From Phoronis australis (Eukaryota; Animalia; Phoronida): 64,000 nucleotides of DNA. The stretch is from positions 496,242 to 560,241 of the forward strand of contig NMRA01000228.1 in assembly GCA_002633005.1 (NCBI GenBank), read 5' to 3'. Shown here one piece after another: positions 40,501 to 51,459 of the stretch. Under the pieces are notes generated by a model, which was not told the DNA's origin, did no database searches, and saw only the letters and a program-made list of their open reading frames with translations. The translations under genes were made by a program, and so were the position numbers. The number at the start of each line of letters is the position of its first letter. Position 1 is the first letter of the stretch.

Positions 40501-43067
40501 ACGCCGAACGCCAGACGCCGGACAGACGCCGCCCGTACGGACGGACGGAGATGACGGCATAATGCGTCCACATATAAATATGTGGGCGCATAAAAATGCA
40601 TTGAACAAGGCTTTTACACCTAAGTTTACAAAAACAGCTCTCTTTTAGTGAGCTTTTTACTGAAAAAACTGTGTGGATCAAGACTTTTACGTCTAAATTA
40701 ACATAAACAGCCAAACAGCTTACCAAACAGGTATTACACATATTGGTTGAACGATGAGTGCAAATTGCTGTTATAAAGTTTATCATATCATCTTAACTAG
40801 CTTTATATTCAGTACAAAGAGCCATCAAAGCTGCAGTTACCAACACAAGAAATATGCACAGATGATGTGTGGTTTACATTTTGGCAACAGGAGTCACTCC
40901 TGCTCCATATTAAGACGCACATAGAAAAGCACGAAACGGGCGCAAACTCAAAACATTTTAAATGGGGATATTCTTGTGGCACATCATATTATTAAAATAA
41001 TGACATTTATTTTGCTCCTAATGTTTTTTAAAAAAGATGAAACTACACCTCTGAAACACCAGTTTGGAGTTAACCAAGGTTGGTGTCCATGTATAAAATA
41101 CTGAATTGCAGTGAGATATAAGACCACTGAAAGCAGAGACACTCTGGCAACCAAACCCTGCTAATTATTGACAGGTCTACTAAATACTTTGAAAATAGTT
41201 TGAATATTGCAACATTTTATATACATTGTATATTTATTTCTGAGCTGAAAGGGCCAACTTCTCTCTTTCATTAACTGGGAGTCCTAGTAATCGTACAATG
41301 TGGGTGTCCAAAGCAGAGAAATTCTGATCGACAGGGCGTCCAAATGATACATTGGGCGGCCTTGCCAGGGTGTCCAGATTAGTGCCAGGACCAATGCTGC
41401 ATGAAGGCCTGCCTCCCGTTCAGTAACGCTAGGACCTCCCTAAAAAGCAAGACTTCACGAGATTACGTGAGATGTTGCCGTGCATTTTAAATGAGAACAC
41501 GTGACTTTGACTAGGTTTTAGCTAGGTCCTAGCGTAGGTAATCGCGTCTACTGAACGCACGCCAGGCTAGCGTCACGCGCTTCACTGCCTCGCTCTAGCC
41601 TTTGCCTGACTCACGTCACTCAGTTGACATACTTTGTGGTTATCGTGCACGTAGTGCTGCAAAAGTTAACAGCAACCAAAAAAGTGAAGTTCTCACAATT
41701 AAGCTTCATCAAAGATATTTCTAGAAGTAGAAAGGACCAATGAAGAAAGTAAGCGCTTTTTTAAAGTGATAGTTTTAAGTGTGGAATGTATTTTTGACAA
41801 GGTAAAAACTCAAAATCGGTGGCCGGATTTGGCCTACCGTCCGTTTAGGTAATTGTTTATAATAAGACGACATTGACTTACACATGATTTTGGTATTGTT
41901 GGATTCCTTGCAACGTTATCTTTCCAAAAATACACAGAAATTTTTCCTACCCCGCTCCCTTAGTATTTTATAGTGAAATTTCTTCTCGCACTATTTCCTG
42001 GTTCTCGGTAGTAATACCGCCATGTTGAATGGAAGGAGTCACCTGGTGGTCAAAAACCAAACTAATCTAGACTTCTGTAGATAGTCGCTTTTCATAAGTT
42101 CAAACTGACTGAGACCCGTCTATCCCCTGCCCGAGTTACAGTCCCAAGGGTTCGAATTCAATTCTATGGTGACCCTGGTATGCATCTTCTAGCAAGAATT
42201 TGCGAAAAAGCGGAGGTTGTTTTTGAGGTCCAAATTGGTGAAAAGGGTACCACTTCAGACAATTTCGTGGAAAAACGGACAAATGGGCAAATTTCTAATA
42301 AAAAATTGAAAGGTGAAATACTGCTCACTTGTTCCTCCATATGTTGAGGAAAACTTAAGCAGGAATCTCGCATGGGCAAACACCACTCACATTCAATGAT
42401 GCTGTTTCATTCATTAACAACAGGTGTCGCTGTAATCTTGAGTTATGGTGGTGTCAACCAGGAAATAGTGGGAACCAAAATTCGACAATAAAATACAGAG
42501 GTAATGCGGTAGGGATACATTCATATATTTCTGGAAAGATAATTTGCGTGGAATCGAATGATAACAAAATCATGTGCGTAGGTCAATATCGTCATATTGT
42601 AAACAATTAACCCCGTTTAAAATACATGGAACGAAATGAGTACAGAAAGCGATGGGAAGTATTGTATCCTCTAACCAGCCAACCGAGGCCGAGGGGCTCC
42701 GTGTTGCCTATATCAGGGACAGCTATCTCGGCTATTTCAGACGGTGAAGCTGTCAATGCCTTACCAAAACATCGTTACAAATGTCGGTGAGCTCTTTTTC
42801 GATCTTCTCTTTGTATCTTTTGGCCATTTCCTTCTTTTTGTCATTACTTTCGTTTTTCTGTTCGATGCTTGAAATAACCCTCCACGACGAACGCCGAGCA
42901 CCGACAACATTTTTGTAGGCAACAGAGAGCAGATTTCTTTCCTCGTTTTCAAGCATTTTTTTATGTTTGGTAACTTCTTTCATGGCATTCGCCATATCTT
43001 CATATCGCTCTGCTTGCTCAGCTAACTTTGCTCGCTGAACCATAAGCTCGTCTGAAGACGCATCCAT
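13470..43067 (-). CDS. 14-3-3zeta: 14-3-3 gene A, complete spliced model via proximal 3' cassette: join(43067-42765, 32364-32223, 17763-17600, 16398-16294, 13529-13470), 257 aa
   Basis: Five exons of 303+142+164+105+60 = 774 nt form an open frame from ATG to TGA. All introns are GT..AG with phases 0,1,0,0. Intron positions match vertebrate YWHAZ-type genes (coding exons 294/124/164/96/60). The exon 2-to-17763 junction is inferred, not shown by transcript data. Confidence 0.75.
13720..14067 (+). mobile_element. Fragments of HINE/DINE-1-like element (nested 5' end at ~13909)
   Basis: Matches the monomer sequence (ACATGCCAATTTTCACAATTATCC) and the 5' end (GCAACGTGGAGCTTTGAAATGTGCC...GGCCACTAGATGGCGC) of the fuller copies. 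Confidence 0.7.
14070..15968. mobile_element. Tc2/pogo-like DNA transposon spanning an assembly gap; same family as ~7588-8040
   Basis: TA|CTGTATTCGCCATAATAACCGCCCA ... TGGGCGGTTGTTACAGCGAATACGG|TA. The left part is homologous to ~7590-7930. Confidence 0.72.
14533..15270. other. Assembly gap (further gaps: 20071-20100, 39618-40056, 43961-44003, 56413-56527)
   Basis: Runs of N. Confidence 0.99.
16294..16398 (-). CDS. 14-3-3 exon 4a
   Basis: Acceptor CCTTAG|GCG. Translates to [35 protein letters not shown] (C-terminal 14-3-3 signature). Donor AGT|GTAAGT. 105 nt. Confidence 0.94.
17600..17763 (-). CDS. 14-3-3 exon 3a (divergent proximal copy)
   Basis: Acceptor TTTTTAG|GC. Translates to (G)[54 protein letters not shown]. 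Donor AAG|GTAAGC. Exactly 164 nt. Read manually; not in the ORF track. Confidence 0.93.
22656..22950. mobile_element. Small Tc1/mariner-type MITE
   Basis: Inverted ends CGGTAAAAATTCTCCAAT / ATTGGAGAACTTTTACTG, with repeated internal AATTTGGGACA. Confidence 0.6.
25768..27962. mobile_element. 2.2-kb DNA transposon derivative with 13-bp perfect TIRs (hAT-like CAG ends)
   Basis: CAGTGTTCTCCAC (25768-25780) / GTGGAGAACACTG (27950-27962). The host HINE monomer resumes on both sides. No clean 8-bp TSD. Confidence 0.7.
28112..29802 (+). mobile_element. Full-length HINE/DINE-1-like non-autonomous Helentron with internal tandem array
   Basis: 5' end AACAAGAGCAACG..TTGAAATGCGCCCA, then ~11 monomers each containing (G/A)CCACTAG, a GACG/GGAC microsatellite, and the 3' hairpin ...GTGGGCGCATAAAA. 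Inserted in an A run without a TSD. Confidence 0.8.
32223..32364 (-). CDS. 14-3-3zeta: 14-3-3 gene A coding exon 2
   Basis: Acceptor CCACAG|GAT. Translates to [47 protein letters not shown] plus one G. Donor G|GTGAGT. 142 nt, phase 1. Confidence 0.95.
34642..35099. mobile_element. hAT-family MITE with 8-bp TSD
   Basis: TIRs are CAGGCCTT(C)ATGCAG / CTGGATAAAGGCCTG. Perfect target duplication CCAAGCAG at 34634-34641 and 35100-35107. Confidence 0.85.
39103..41411. mobile_element. Second, inverted copy of the 34642-35099 hAT MITE, split by a HINE insertion
   Basis: 39103-39230, ~40595-40670 and ~41330-41411 are reverse-complement homologous to successive parts of 34642-35099. Confidence 0.7.
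39231..40594 (+). mobile_element. HINE/DINE-1-like copy (contains assembly gap)
   Basis: 5' end AAACAAGAGCAACGTAGAGCGTTGAAATGCGCCCAC. The subterminal IR ATGCGCCCAC (39257-39266) pairs with GTGGGCGCAT. Hairpin ATGCGTCCACATAT-AA-ATATGTGGGCGCAT at 40562-40591, preceded by an ACGG microsatellite. Confidence 0.82.
41849..42611. mobile_element. Degenerate foldback element with ~155-bp inverted arms in gene A intron 1
   Basis: TAATTGTTTATAAT...CACATGATTTT...CACTATTTCCTGGTT (41850-42003) pairs with AACCAGGAAATAGTG...AAAATCATGTG...ATTGTAAACAATTA (42456-42609). Confidence 0.65.
42765..43067 (-). CDS. 14-3-3zeta: 14-3-3 gene A coding exon 1 (non-epsilon/zeta-like)
   Basis: Translates to [26 protein letters not shown]...[29 protein letters not shown]...ICNDVL, which contains the 14-3-3 signature. 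303 nt, ending TTG|GTAAGG (phase-0 donor). Confidence 0.96.
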
Positions 43068-46000
43068 TTCGCTAGTGAATAACGAAAAGCACCCCTCCAA
43101 ATTTTCAGGAATCGAGACCGGACAGATTTCCACTGCGCACTAATATTCGCGCATTCTCACGAGACGGTGTGTTTTTCAAAAACGCCAGACGTCTCGCTAC
43201 GCGCTTAGTCTCAAACCCAGCGTCTAAAATGATAAAAGACGGAGTAATTTGGCGGACAGAAACATAACATAAATAATTGAAACCAATAATTTATTTAGCT
43301 TCTTACTCAATTTAGAGGATTAGCCTGAAATTTATATTGAATATGAAAAGGAGACAAACATCGCTGTCACAGCGCTACCTATTCGCTCGCTGGTTCCCTG
43401 CGTGCCGCTAGCCAGCGTGCTGGCTAGGCACTGTAGTAGGGGACCAGCGAGTAGCTATTCGTAGCAACAAAGACTACTCGCTGGTTACCTGCGTGCCGCT
43501 TGGTGGTAGCCAGCACGTGATGGCTAGGCACGTACGTAGGGAACCAGCGAACAAAGGCTAATGAACATTTATCCCATTGGCCAACGATGGTCTTTGGCAG
43601 CGGCACGCAGTGAGCGCTGATCGAGGCCGCCTCCCGACCTCCCGCCAATTCGGCCGGGTGCTATGCGCATCTACAATCGTGGTTCAGTTTGCGCAAATGC
43701 TTACAGCCGGACAAAATGTTGGGCCCCCCTTGTGATATCAGTCCTAGATCCACCACTGCAGGGGGTTCAAACCCCCCCCGGGACAGGATCAGAAATAAAA
43801 ATTGAAAAAATTCACCAGAAAAAAACGAAATCAGCTACTAAAAACTACAAAAAAAATCTTACACGGGAGGGGGTAACTCTCCCGACCCAGTTCCCGTTCA
43901 GCGCGCGGCGCTATGCGCCGCCTCCGATTCGCTCGAATGATTTTTATCCCCCCCCCCCCCNNNNNNNNNNNNNNNNNNNNNNNNNNNNNNNNNNNNNNNN
44001 NNNCCCCCCCCCCCCCTTACTGAAAATGTAGATCTGCCACTGTTACATTCTGGCGTGTATGGTTGGAGGGCCAGCTCTCTTTTGTTGATAATTTGCTCAA
44101 ATCTCCAATAAGATCGTAAGCCTGACTGGGCTGTGCTGTTAGATAAGTTAAGTTATAACATGTTTGAACATAAACCAAGAGCATTTCTGAAATGCTCCTC
44201 AAAAGGTGATGAGGTTTAATTTTTGAGTCTCCAAAATCACCCAACTACAACCGAAGTTACGACAATTCTTTCACTGACAACCCTCTACATCTGGTAAAGT
44301 CACTGAACGGGAAAACCCCGTCATGTTCGGCCTCGTGGTACGCTACACCAAACATTGATATGAAGTTACAGTTAATGCATCAGCTCCTGGCTTAGAAAAG
44401 AGCCTTAAAAATAATGACAATGAACTAACACTACTTTCCTGATACAAATCTGATTTTCAAATTATTAAAAATATCAGTCTACTTGATACATCCTACCCTA
44501 CTTGAAAATATTGAATTTATTTTTACACAAAACCTTCCACATTATGCCTATATATGATCAGTATTTAAAAAATTGCAAGCACGATAACCGAAAGAGTAAA
44601 AAATTCTCGTTCACCAGATTTTTAGAAAACTGTTCTGTTATCCCACAACAAACCATGGCCGTAGGAAGCGAGGTGGGGACGCACGGGCCCCCCAAAAAAA
44701 TTTCAGGCATCAGGGTTAAACCGTGACAACCGACATAGGCGTGGGGGCGAGGACAGCCGAAAAAAGAAAGACTGCGAAATATGGATAAGAGAGAAAATTC
44801 AAGAGAACATTTAACAACTCTGCATCAGTGCATGGTTTACCTTCTGTGGACCCTGGCCAGGACATTGTCGTTAGGGTCTCCGCTTTTGCAGCACAGGTCG
44901 ACTAAACGCACTTGAAAACGCGTACGAAATCAATCATACATATATTTCGAAAAATCGAGAAAATTTGTAAAGCGAAGCTTTCGCGGAGCGCACTAATTTA
45001 CTGGATTTTAAATTTCAATAAGTCAATTTTGCGAATGCAAAACTATATTTTCCAGATGCCTTTCTCAGGCAAGGGATAAAGGAGACAACTTTTGCTTTAT
45101 TTCTCTCTCGAAACTGTATATTATTTGAGAAAAAAATGATGACCTGACATGTAACATCAATTGCTGCGCATTTCTAGCCAGCCAGCTAGCTGTCTGAAGA
45201 CTGTCGTCAAAATATATTTAGTATACAGCTTTGTACCAAGACTAGCGCATTTCCTGATATTTGAGAATGTAGATATTTTCATATTTAGGGGCCCCGCCCT
45301 TGAAGGAGACCATTGGTGACCTTTTTGGGTTTTTATTGACAAATTCCTAAGAGGCCGCTCACGGAGAGAGGTCCCAATGTTGGAATCGATTACCTCTATT
45401 TTCCTGCTTTTTGTGAAATCGTGCAACCGGCTTTCATGTTGAAGGAGGTCACTCCCTGCCTCGTTTTGGGACCACACGACGGTGGAATGCACTGTCACCC
45501 TTTTTCAAAGCTTAATGATGTTTAGCCTTTCATCTATTGTCCCATTTTAGACGGTACCCTCTCCATCTGTGGAGCAGTTCGGGGAAATTCCCTTTGCCCC
45601 TTTATACATGTAAATCCGACACTGCCAAGTATTCACGGTAGAAACTGAGATTCCAAATTCATCAAAAAACAAAACATTCGTGCACAGCACAGACATTCGA
45701 CCCAAACAACTAAAAATGTGAAAAAAATACAGTAGGATTGCCGCCATCAATGAGGGTGGCATGTTGAAGAATGTGAAGACCACTATTTGTGAATAACACA
45801 AAAGGTCTTCCGATCGTGAGTTATAAAGTAGTGTTTCTGTTACCCGTAGTACCAAGAGAATAGTATATCTTTTAAAGATGGTTACTAATAGTCATTTATA
45901 AAGAATTCTCGCATGTGCAAAACACAAGGCTACTATTTGTGATGAAAGTGTACATGTCGAAAAGGAGTACTCAAAGAACTCTCGCAATCATCAACAAAGA

Positions 46001-47671
46001 TTTCAGCGTTAACCTCGTGACCCGTTACAGGCACCTATAAAATGACCAGAATACACCTTAATACGAATGCCCCATCTCCCATTCACTCGGTTACCCGTCA
46101 AAAGTGTGCAAGTATGCATGCGGAAATTGCTTTTAGCATTTCGATTTCATAAACAAATTCGTTGGTTTCTGATGTTTATGCATTAATGAAAATCGATAGG
46201 TTCATAAATGATTTTTGACAATCAGAAGCTAATTTTGTAAGAATTGATGATGTTTCAGTGAATGTAATTGCAGTCTGAAGTTGGAAAAACTCTATAATCC
46301 GATCCCCAAATAGTAAAGTACACTTATAGACGATTTTTGGATATCTAAAATAACTCTCAAAGATTGATGAAATTCGGATTCACAAACCGTAGATAGAAAA
46401 AACGTTTTAAAAATCCTCAAATAAATAAAATCAAACTCATTGCTTGGAAAGATTGTCTTTGCAATTCCTTGGTGTATTTAGTTTCCATTAGTATTAAGCA
46501 ATGAATTTTTGTTCTTCAAAATGTAATTGATTGCTTGTCTTGATTTGCGTGCACGTCATGACTGACGTACCCACGCTAAAAATAAGATGCACCCTGCTGT
46601 AAGCCCGGCGCGCAGAATCTCAGTGATCCATGGGAACTGCATTTGAATTCCAGGCGTTCAGGAAGTGTGACAGGGACACACTATCCTTTTCTCCAGCCAC
46701 CACAAACTGGATTACCGGTCGTGTTTCAACTAGGCATTTTGAAACAGTCCCAAAGGCACTATACCAGGGGCTTCGGGACCTCACCGTTTCAAAAAAACTC
46801 CTTCAAAGAATGGCCATAATAAAATATTTTTTCCCGAAACTGGATCACAATAAAACGAATCTTGACTGTAGAGCGAGCGCAGACGACCGGTACGAGCTGC
46901 CTGTCTCAAGTGAATCACAGCTGAGCTGACCAACAACTATAGCTTTAATTCATCGAGAATTTCGTATTTTCACAGCTATGGTGAGTCTTCGCTACCAGTT
47001 AGTGTACTAGTCCTGGGCCCTTTCTTACTCTCCGTGTTAGTTCACGGTTACTCAACTCTTGATGCCTTCATCCCCGCGGGATTGCCCCAGGGGCGAACAG
47101 CAGGATTTTGAGTTGGGGGGCGCCGGGGGGGGGGGGGGGGNGCAGGGCAGAGTATGATCCACAAGGGAGTTTATCCGTCAGAAATTCGCACCCTCGAACT
47201 GCAAACAAATGGAATCTGGGAGAATTTTACGGGGGTCATGGCCCCTTGGCCATCCCTAAATCCGTCACTGTGCCACCCACAGCCGCTAGGGTGGTCGTGT
47301 GTTCTCTACCACCTAGTGACACGCAGGGAACCAGCGAGCTTGACTACCAGCGTGCCCAACCCGTCGTATGCCACGTGACTTGTTATTATGTGCAGCGCTA
47401 CCTTTTGGCGGTAAAGCCTTCTTTTGCAAGCTAAGAACAGCTCTGATTGGTTGTCAATCAAATGTGCGACAACGGTTATTCGCTAGCAGCAGCAGCAGCA
47501 GCCTTTCTCATTCATATGGTAATGAATGCAATCTGTACGAGAACGCTTGACCCGTTTATTGTAAGCACAGCGAATTCCCGGGCTTTTAGTCACAGGTGTG
47601 GTTGATATAGTCGAAAGATTGTCATCCTTACTGAAGTGTTCATTTTTTCCGTGTGATAGTTTCAACTAAAG
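43068..47671. promoter_or_regulatory. Divergent (head-to-head) promoter region between the two 14-3-3 genes
   Basis: Lies between opposite-facing ATGs and is locally CpG-richer near both starts. Contains CTGATTGG (reverse CCAAT box) at ~47443, TCTCACGAGA (one mismatch from the TCTCGCGAGA promoter palindrome) at 43155-43164, and a shared 19-nt motif upstream of both genes. TSSs not determined. Confidence 0.5.
43625..43759 (-). repeat. Dispersed repeat end (CAGTGGYGGATCT-type MITE terminus); second copy at 55702-55830 (+)
   Basis: Reverse-complement homology over ~130 bp, including GGGGCCCAACATTTTGTCCGG...TGTAGATGCGCATAGCACC. Confidence 0.7.
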
Positions 47672-47959
47672 ATGGAAGATATTCTTGTAACCAGAGCAAA
47701 ATTCGCAGAACAGACTGAACGTTACAATGACATGTCGAAATTTATGAGAGAGTTGGTCAACAAGAAACCCGACTTGAGCGAAGATGGAAGGAATTTGCTT
47801 TCTGTCGCATATAAAAATGTTGTAGGAAGTAAACGGTCTGCTTGGAGAATTTTACAAGCGGCTGGCAGTAAGGAACACGAGCCACCCAAGAAGGAAGTTC
47901 TCGAGGAATATACCAAAGCGGTCGAGGCAGAATTGGTTAAAGTCTGTGAAGAAATATTG
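47672..47959 (+). CDS. Divergent 14-3-3 paralog (gene B) coding exon 1
   Basis: Translates to MEDILVTRAKFAEQTERYNDMSKFM...[23 protein letters not shown]...VCEEIL. 288 nt, donor TTG|GTAGGG at the same position as in gene A. Confidence 0.93.
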
Positions 47960-49745
47960 GTAGGGCTATGACTATTTGCCGAGTGATATTGATGTATGAC
48001 TGCTATGTTGATCTGTTTTATTGATCTTATTTTCGTTTCAGAGTCGCTGGTTAATGTCATTCATGTGTAGGTCCCTCTTTTATTTATCAAAGACTTGCCA
48101 TTCTTCTGGCTCTACTAAAATTAACGTGTATTTGATAATAAGATAGGCCTACATGTCATCCTGGGTAATTTATCTGTTGAATTATTCAATAAGTCTCCCC
48201 ATCACATGATTAGTAGGCCTATTCATAGCATGATAGACGTTTTTGTCTTTTGACTTACACAGCTCTGCTATGTTCTTATTCTGTTTCAAGGACATTCGGG
48301 GTTTTTTAAAGGGGAAAACAAGCTTTAGCAGTGTCCTCTTTTGATTAAATTATGATTTTCTGGTAATGTTAGAGATAAATTAATTAAAATCCTCTGGGTT
48401 CTTATCAATGACAGTTGTCACTAAAAAATGTCCCATTATTCAGTGGAAAAGGTTATCAAATTGCAGGGCCCCTTTAAGTGCTGGCGTCCACTGATGATTG
48501 AATACCCCATAAATACTTGCTCATTTCAAAATACAGCGAATATAGTCAACTGAAGCATGTATATACATACACAGCTAGCTGTATGAAGACTATTGTATTT
48601 AGTATACTGCTTTGCGCCAAGGCTAATACATACACTGAGCTATCACATACCATGACGCTAGAGACAATTCTGGTATTCCGCACTCCTCTTCTTCGCGGCA
48701 GTGAAGTAAAATTGTACTTGTAGCAAGTGTTGCCAGATCACTCCACTCAGTTTCTTGTTGTGGCCTAACTGGCGTGATCTCAACTGAAATACTTCTGGTT
48801 ATCATGCGCAGTGAAGAAGATAACGGTGACCAAAAAGGTAGAGATGAAATTCTTGGCCAAAGTAATCTTAGTAGAGATGCTTCATAGTAGATATGAATAG
48901 AACCAGAAAGGATCGCTGAAGAATGTGTACACTTTTTGTAAGTGACAATTTTTAATGAAAAGTATATTTTTGATGAGGTGAAAACCTCTTATTTGGTGGC
49001 TAGAGTTGGGCTACTGCAATACTCCTCATTTAAAATACATGGGTATGAGAATAGTACAAAAACCAATGGGGAGCATTGTTGCCCCTGTACAGCCAGCAGA
49101 GATAGTATGTGTTGCGCATGTAGACAGTACTAGTGTCTCAACTGGCTCTAATATACAGTAACCATCCCATAGGGCCGCCCTACACCGGAAGCTTATCGGC
49201 CATTTATTCCTCATACTAATTAAACCCTCGGTTTTGTTGCTATAAGTATATTTTGTGCATAGAGTAACACCTTAGGAGGCCTTTGATGTCTTTAACTCTT
49301 CCCAGCTTGAACAAATAAGTAGTTATCAAACTTTTTTGAACAGTCCTTCGTTCAGTTGCCCAAATTGGCATGTACAAAAGTGTTCCAAACAGGCCAGTTT
49401 GTGAATTACTTGCGTGTTTCCAAAAAATAAATCATCTCTACATCAAATTTGTTTTCATATATCAGTGCTCTGCACGACCTGTTTTGACTCGTGGCACTTA
49501 GCCCCTGAGAATTTAGTTACCTTGTTTGAATCATCATGCATGGAGGTAAGAGTCAATTCAGCTCTCCTGTAACAAAGAAGGCATCGGAATTTTCACATTT
49601 GCAACAGGTTTTGTTTGTGTGTGGCTATTTTAACCAAGTTCCATGATTAATGGTCATGAAATTTTTACAAATAATTTTATCAAAAAGGTAGCAGCACTTG
49701 CTTCCTTTCGGATGGTTCTGAGTTATGCTGTGCTTGCAGTGGCCT

Positions 49746-51459
49746 TTTTATGTGCTCACTTATTTATATGTGGTCGCATATTGCCGTCATCCCTGTCTGG
49801 GCGTCCGTCGTCCGGCATCCATAGTTGTATCTCCTAAACCCCTCGCAGGATCTTGATGAGATATGTCAGATATGTTCCTATCAAGCTGACGACGGATGAC
49901 AACGAATTTCGTACCTCTCCGACTACTGATGTGCCCCCTATTGGCAATTTCAGTTTTTTAAGCTTCGGGTGTCCTTGACGGATTTTCATAAAATTTGGCA
50001 GTTAGACATTTATTAGTGAGATGATGCCATCCTCTCGTTTTTGGATGGATTTGAGCTACTTGGCGCCACTTAGTGGCCATTTTTTATTGTTTTCTAGTCA
50101 TCCACCCTTTTATCATCCAAACTGCTCTAGGGATGATTTTGAAAATTTGCATTTAAAATCAGTTCTTACTGTGAAGACGGTGGCTGATGATGATTTTCCG
50201 CCGACTTCGACTACTGTGGCGCCTCCTAGTGGCAGTTTTGTTTTTTGCGCCCATGACTGTATCTCCTAAACTGCTGGATCTTTACTAAATGTAGCAAGTA
50301 TATTTATATGATGTTGACAATGGACGATGACGACTTTCGCACAGATCGGACTTCTTGTGTGTACCCTAGTGACAATTTAATTTTTTACATTTACCGTATC
50401 TTCAAAGGTCCTCAACATGAAATTTGGCATATAGGCATCTATTAGTGAGGTGACGATATTCTCCCGTTTTCAGATGGATTCGAAGTAATTTGCACCACCT
50501 AGTGGCCATTTTTACTGTTTTCGAGTCTGTTTTTGCCATACACCCCTCTATCAACCAAACCACTCTAAGGATGATTGTGAAAATTTGCATGTATGCTCTT
50601 ACTGTGAAGAAGATGGCTGACGATGATTTTCCTACTACTTCGAGTACTGTGGCGCCTCCTAGTGGCAGTTTTTTTTTTGCCCATGACTATATATCTCCTA
50701 AACTGTTTGCAGGATCTTTACTAAATGTAGCAAGTATTTTTATATGATGGTGACGACTTTCGCATGTATCTGACTTCCAGTGTGCCTCCTAGTGGCAATT
50801 TTAAATTTTTTTTACGTTTACCTCTGTATATTTAAAGGTCCCCAACGGAGTTTCACAAAATTTGGAATATAGGCATCTGTTGGTGAGATGACGCTATTCT
50901 CCTGTTTTTGGATTGATGGGAAGTATTTTGCATCACCTAGTGTCCATTTTTACTGTTTTCAAATCTGTTTTTTGGCGTACACCCCTCTATCAACAAACCA
51001 TTCTAAGGATGATTTTGAAAATCTGTATATATGTTCTCAGTGTGAAGAGGACGGTTGACAATGATGACTTAGACTACTGTGGCTCCTCCTAGTGGTAATT
51101 TTGTGTTGTTTTGTGCCCATAGCTGTAAACTCACTGCAGAATCTTTATTAAATATTAATAGTAAGTGTATTTATATGCAACTTACAATAGACGACTTTCA
51201 GGCAGACGCTGTGCTCCCTAGTGGCAATTTCATTTTTTCCGTTTTCCTTTGTATCTCTGACAATGATTGACAGATTTTTATGAAATTTTGGTAAATTAGA
51301 GCTTTCTATTAACGAAGCGATGGAATGTTCCGTTTTCAGATGGATTGAATGTTTTGCACCATCTAGTGGTCATATTTATGATACAAATGAACAACTCTAG
51401 AAACCAACCATTTGCGGTGCATTCGTGGACGCATTTCAACGCTCCACGTTGCTCTTGTT
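49746..51459 (-). mobile_element. Full-length HINE/DINE-1-like copy in gene B intron 1
   Basis: Reverse complement of the 28112-29802 architecture: hairpin at ~49750-49780, repeated CTAGTGGC monomers, and end ...CATTTCAACGCTCCACGTTGCTCTTGTT. Confidence 0.82.

Noticed and set aside
43068-43133. N-terminal extension of ORF 42753-43133 ([11 protein letters not shown]...)
   Set aside because: It starts at a GTG. The first ATG at 43067 gives a normal-length 14-3-3 N-terminus, so this is probably 5' UTR.
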